Shown: positions 63,448 through 64,000 of the stretch, piece after piece | Position numbering within the stretch: position 1 is the stretch's first letter | Layout: each line of letters starts with the position of its first letter | Assembly (NCBI RefSeq): GCF_006345805.1 | Contig: NC_043001.1 | Span: forward strand, 18,848,001 to 18,912,000 | Direction: 5' to 3' | From: Octopus sinensis | Taxonomy: Eukaryota | Length of the DNA stretch: 64,000 nucleotides | Program-made: the position numbers and the translations under genes | The notes under the pieces: generated by a model | The model's input: the letters and a program-made list of their open reading frames with translations, nothing else | What the model was told of the DNA's origin: nothing | Databases searched by the model: none

Positions 63448-63937
63448 TTACCTCCGCCAAGGAAGGAGGTTATGTTTTCATCGGCATTGGTTTGTCAGTC
63501 TGTCCGTCTGTGTGCAAAATAACTCAAAAAGTTGTGAACGGTATTTGATGAAACTTGCAGGAAAGGTTGGCACTGACACAAGAAACAGATGATGAAATTT
63601 TGGTAGTGATCCAGGAATGTTTATGGATTCTTGAAGGATTTCTCATTTGTTATTTTTACTTTACATGAAGTATTACAATGTTACGTTCTTTGATTATCTC
63701 CCTTGAAAACACATTCATCGTTTCAACGTAACCTATGGTGGCGTTGCTGTTTCCAAAGTTTATTTTCGTTTCTCTATTAGTAAGTTTACTCGCGTTATGT
63801 GTGTATTAGTCAAGTTTTATGTAATTGTTGTTGAAACTAACTTGCTATTGTCATTGATGTATTATGACTGCTTCGGATGATTCTTGATTTTAAAGCTGCT
63901 TGGCGGAGGTCTGCGCTCTCCGAGTGCTTTCGTAGTT
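63448..63937 (+). mobile_element. Helentron-associated (HINE/DINE-like) non-autonomous element
   Basis: Sub-terminal inverted repeat acctccgccaa (63450-63460) / ttggcggaggt (63900-63910), short gtctgtccgtctgt microsatellite near the 5' end, 3' hairpin gcgctc-tcc-gagtgc, inserted in TT-rich DNA. Confidence 0.7.
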
Positions 63938-64000
63938 ATTATTATTATTATAGACGTCGCACAGTATACAATATCGTGAGGTTGTTGATTGAAGATATTG

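Overview
This is AT-rich eukaryotic DNA saturated with repeats, and it reads as intronic or intergenic. The SINE families and microsatellite spectrum best fit a cephalopod (Octopus-like) genome; this is inference and no database search was run. No intact protein-coding gene can be supported, and all long ORFs in the supplied track are microsatellite translations or decayed transposon fragments. Recognisable content includes four tRNA-derived SINE families with swapped tails and relics of Tigger/pogo, mariner, Helitron, RTE, R4/Dong-type and probably CR1-type elements. There is also a 17 x 82-bp minisatellite and many perfect or near-perfect fold-back palindromes. The most notable signal is about ten type I hammerhead ribozyme motifs (CUGANGA / stem II / GAAA / stem III / NUH / stem I) on both strands, mostly in short Penelope-like terminal-repeat fragments beside (TA)n or (AAT)n arrays. 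Nearly all have a loop-less palindromic stem III, and the palindrome differs between families. This suggests many parallel dimer-dependent self-cleaving RNA families, which has not been tested.
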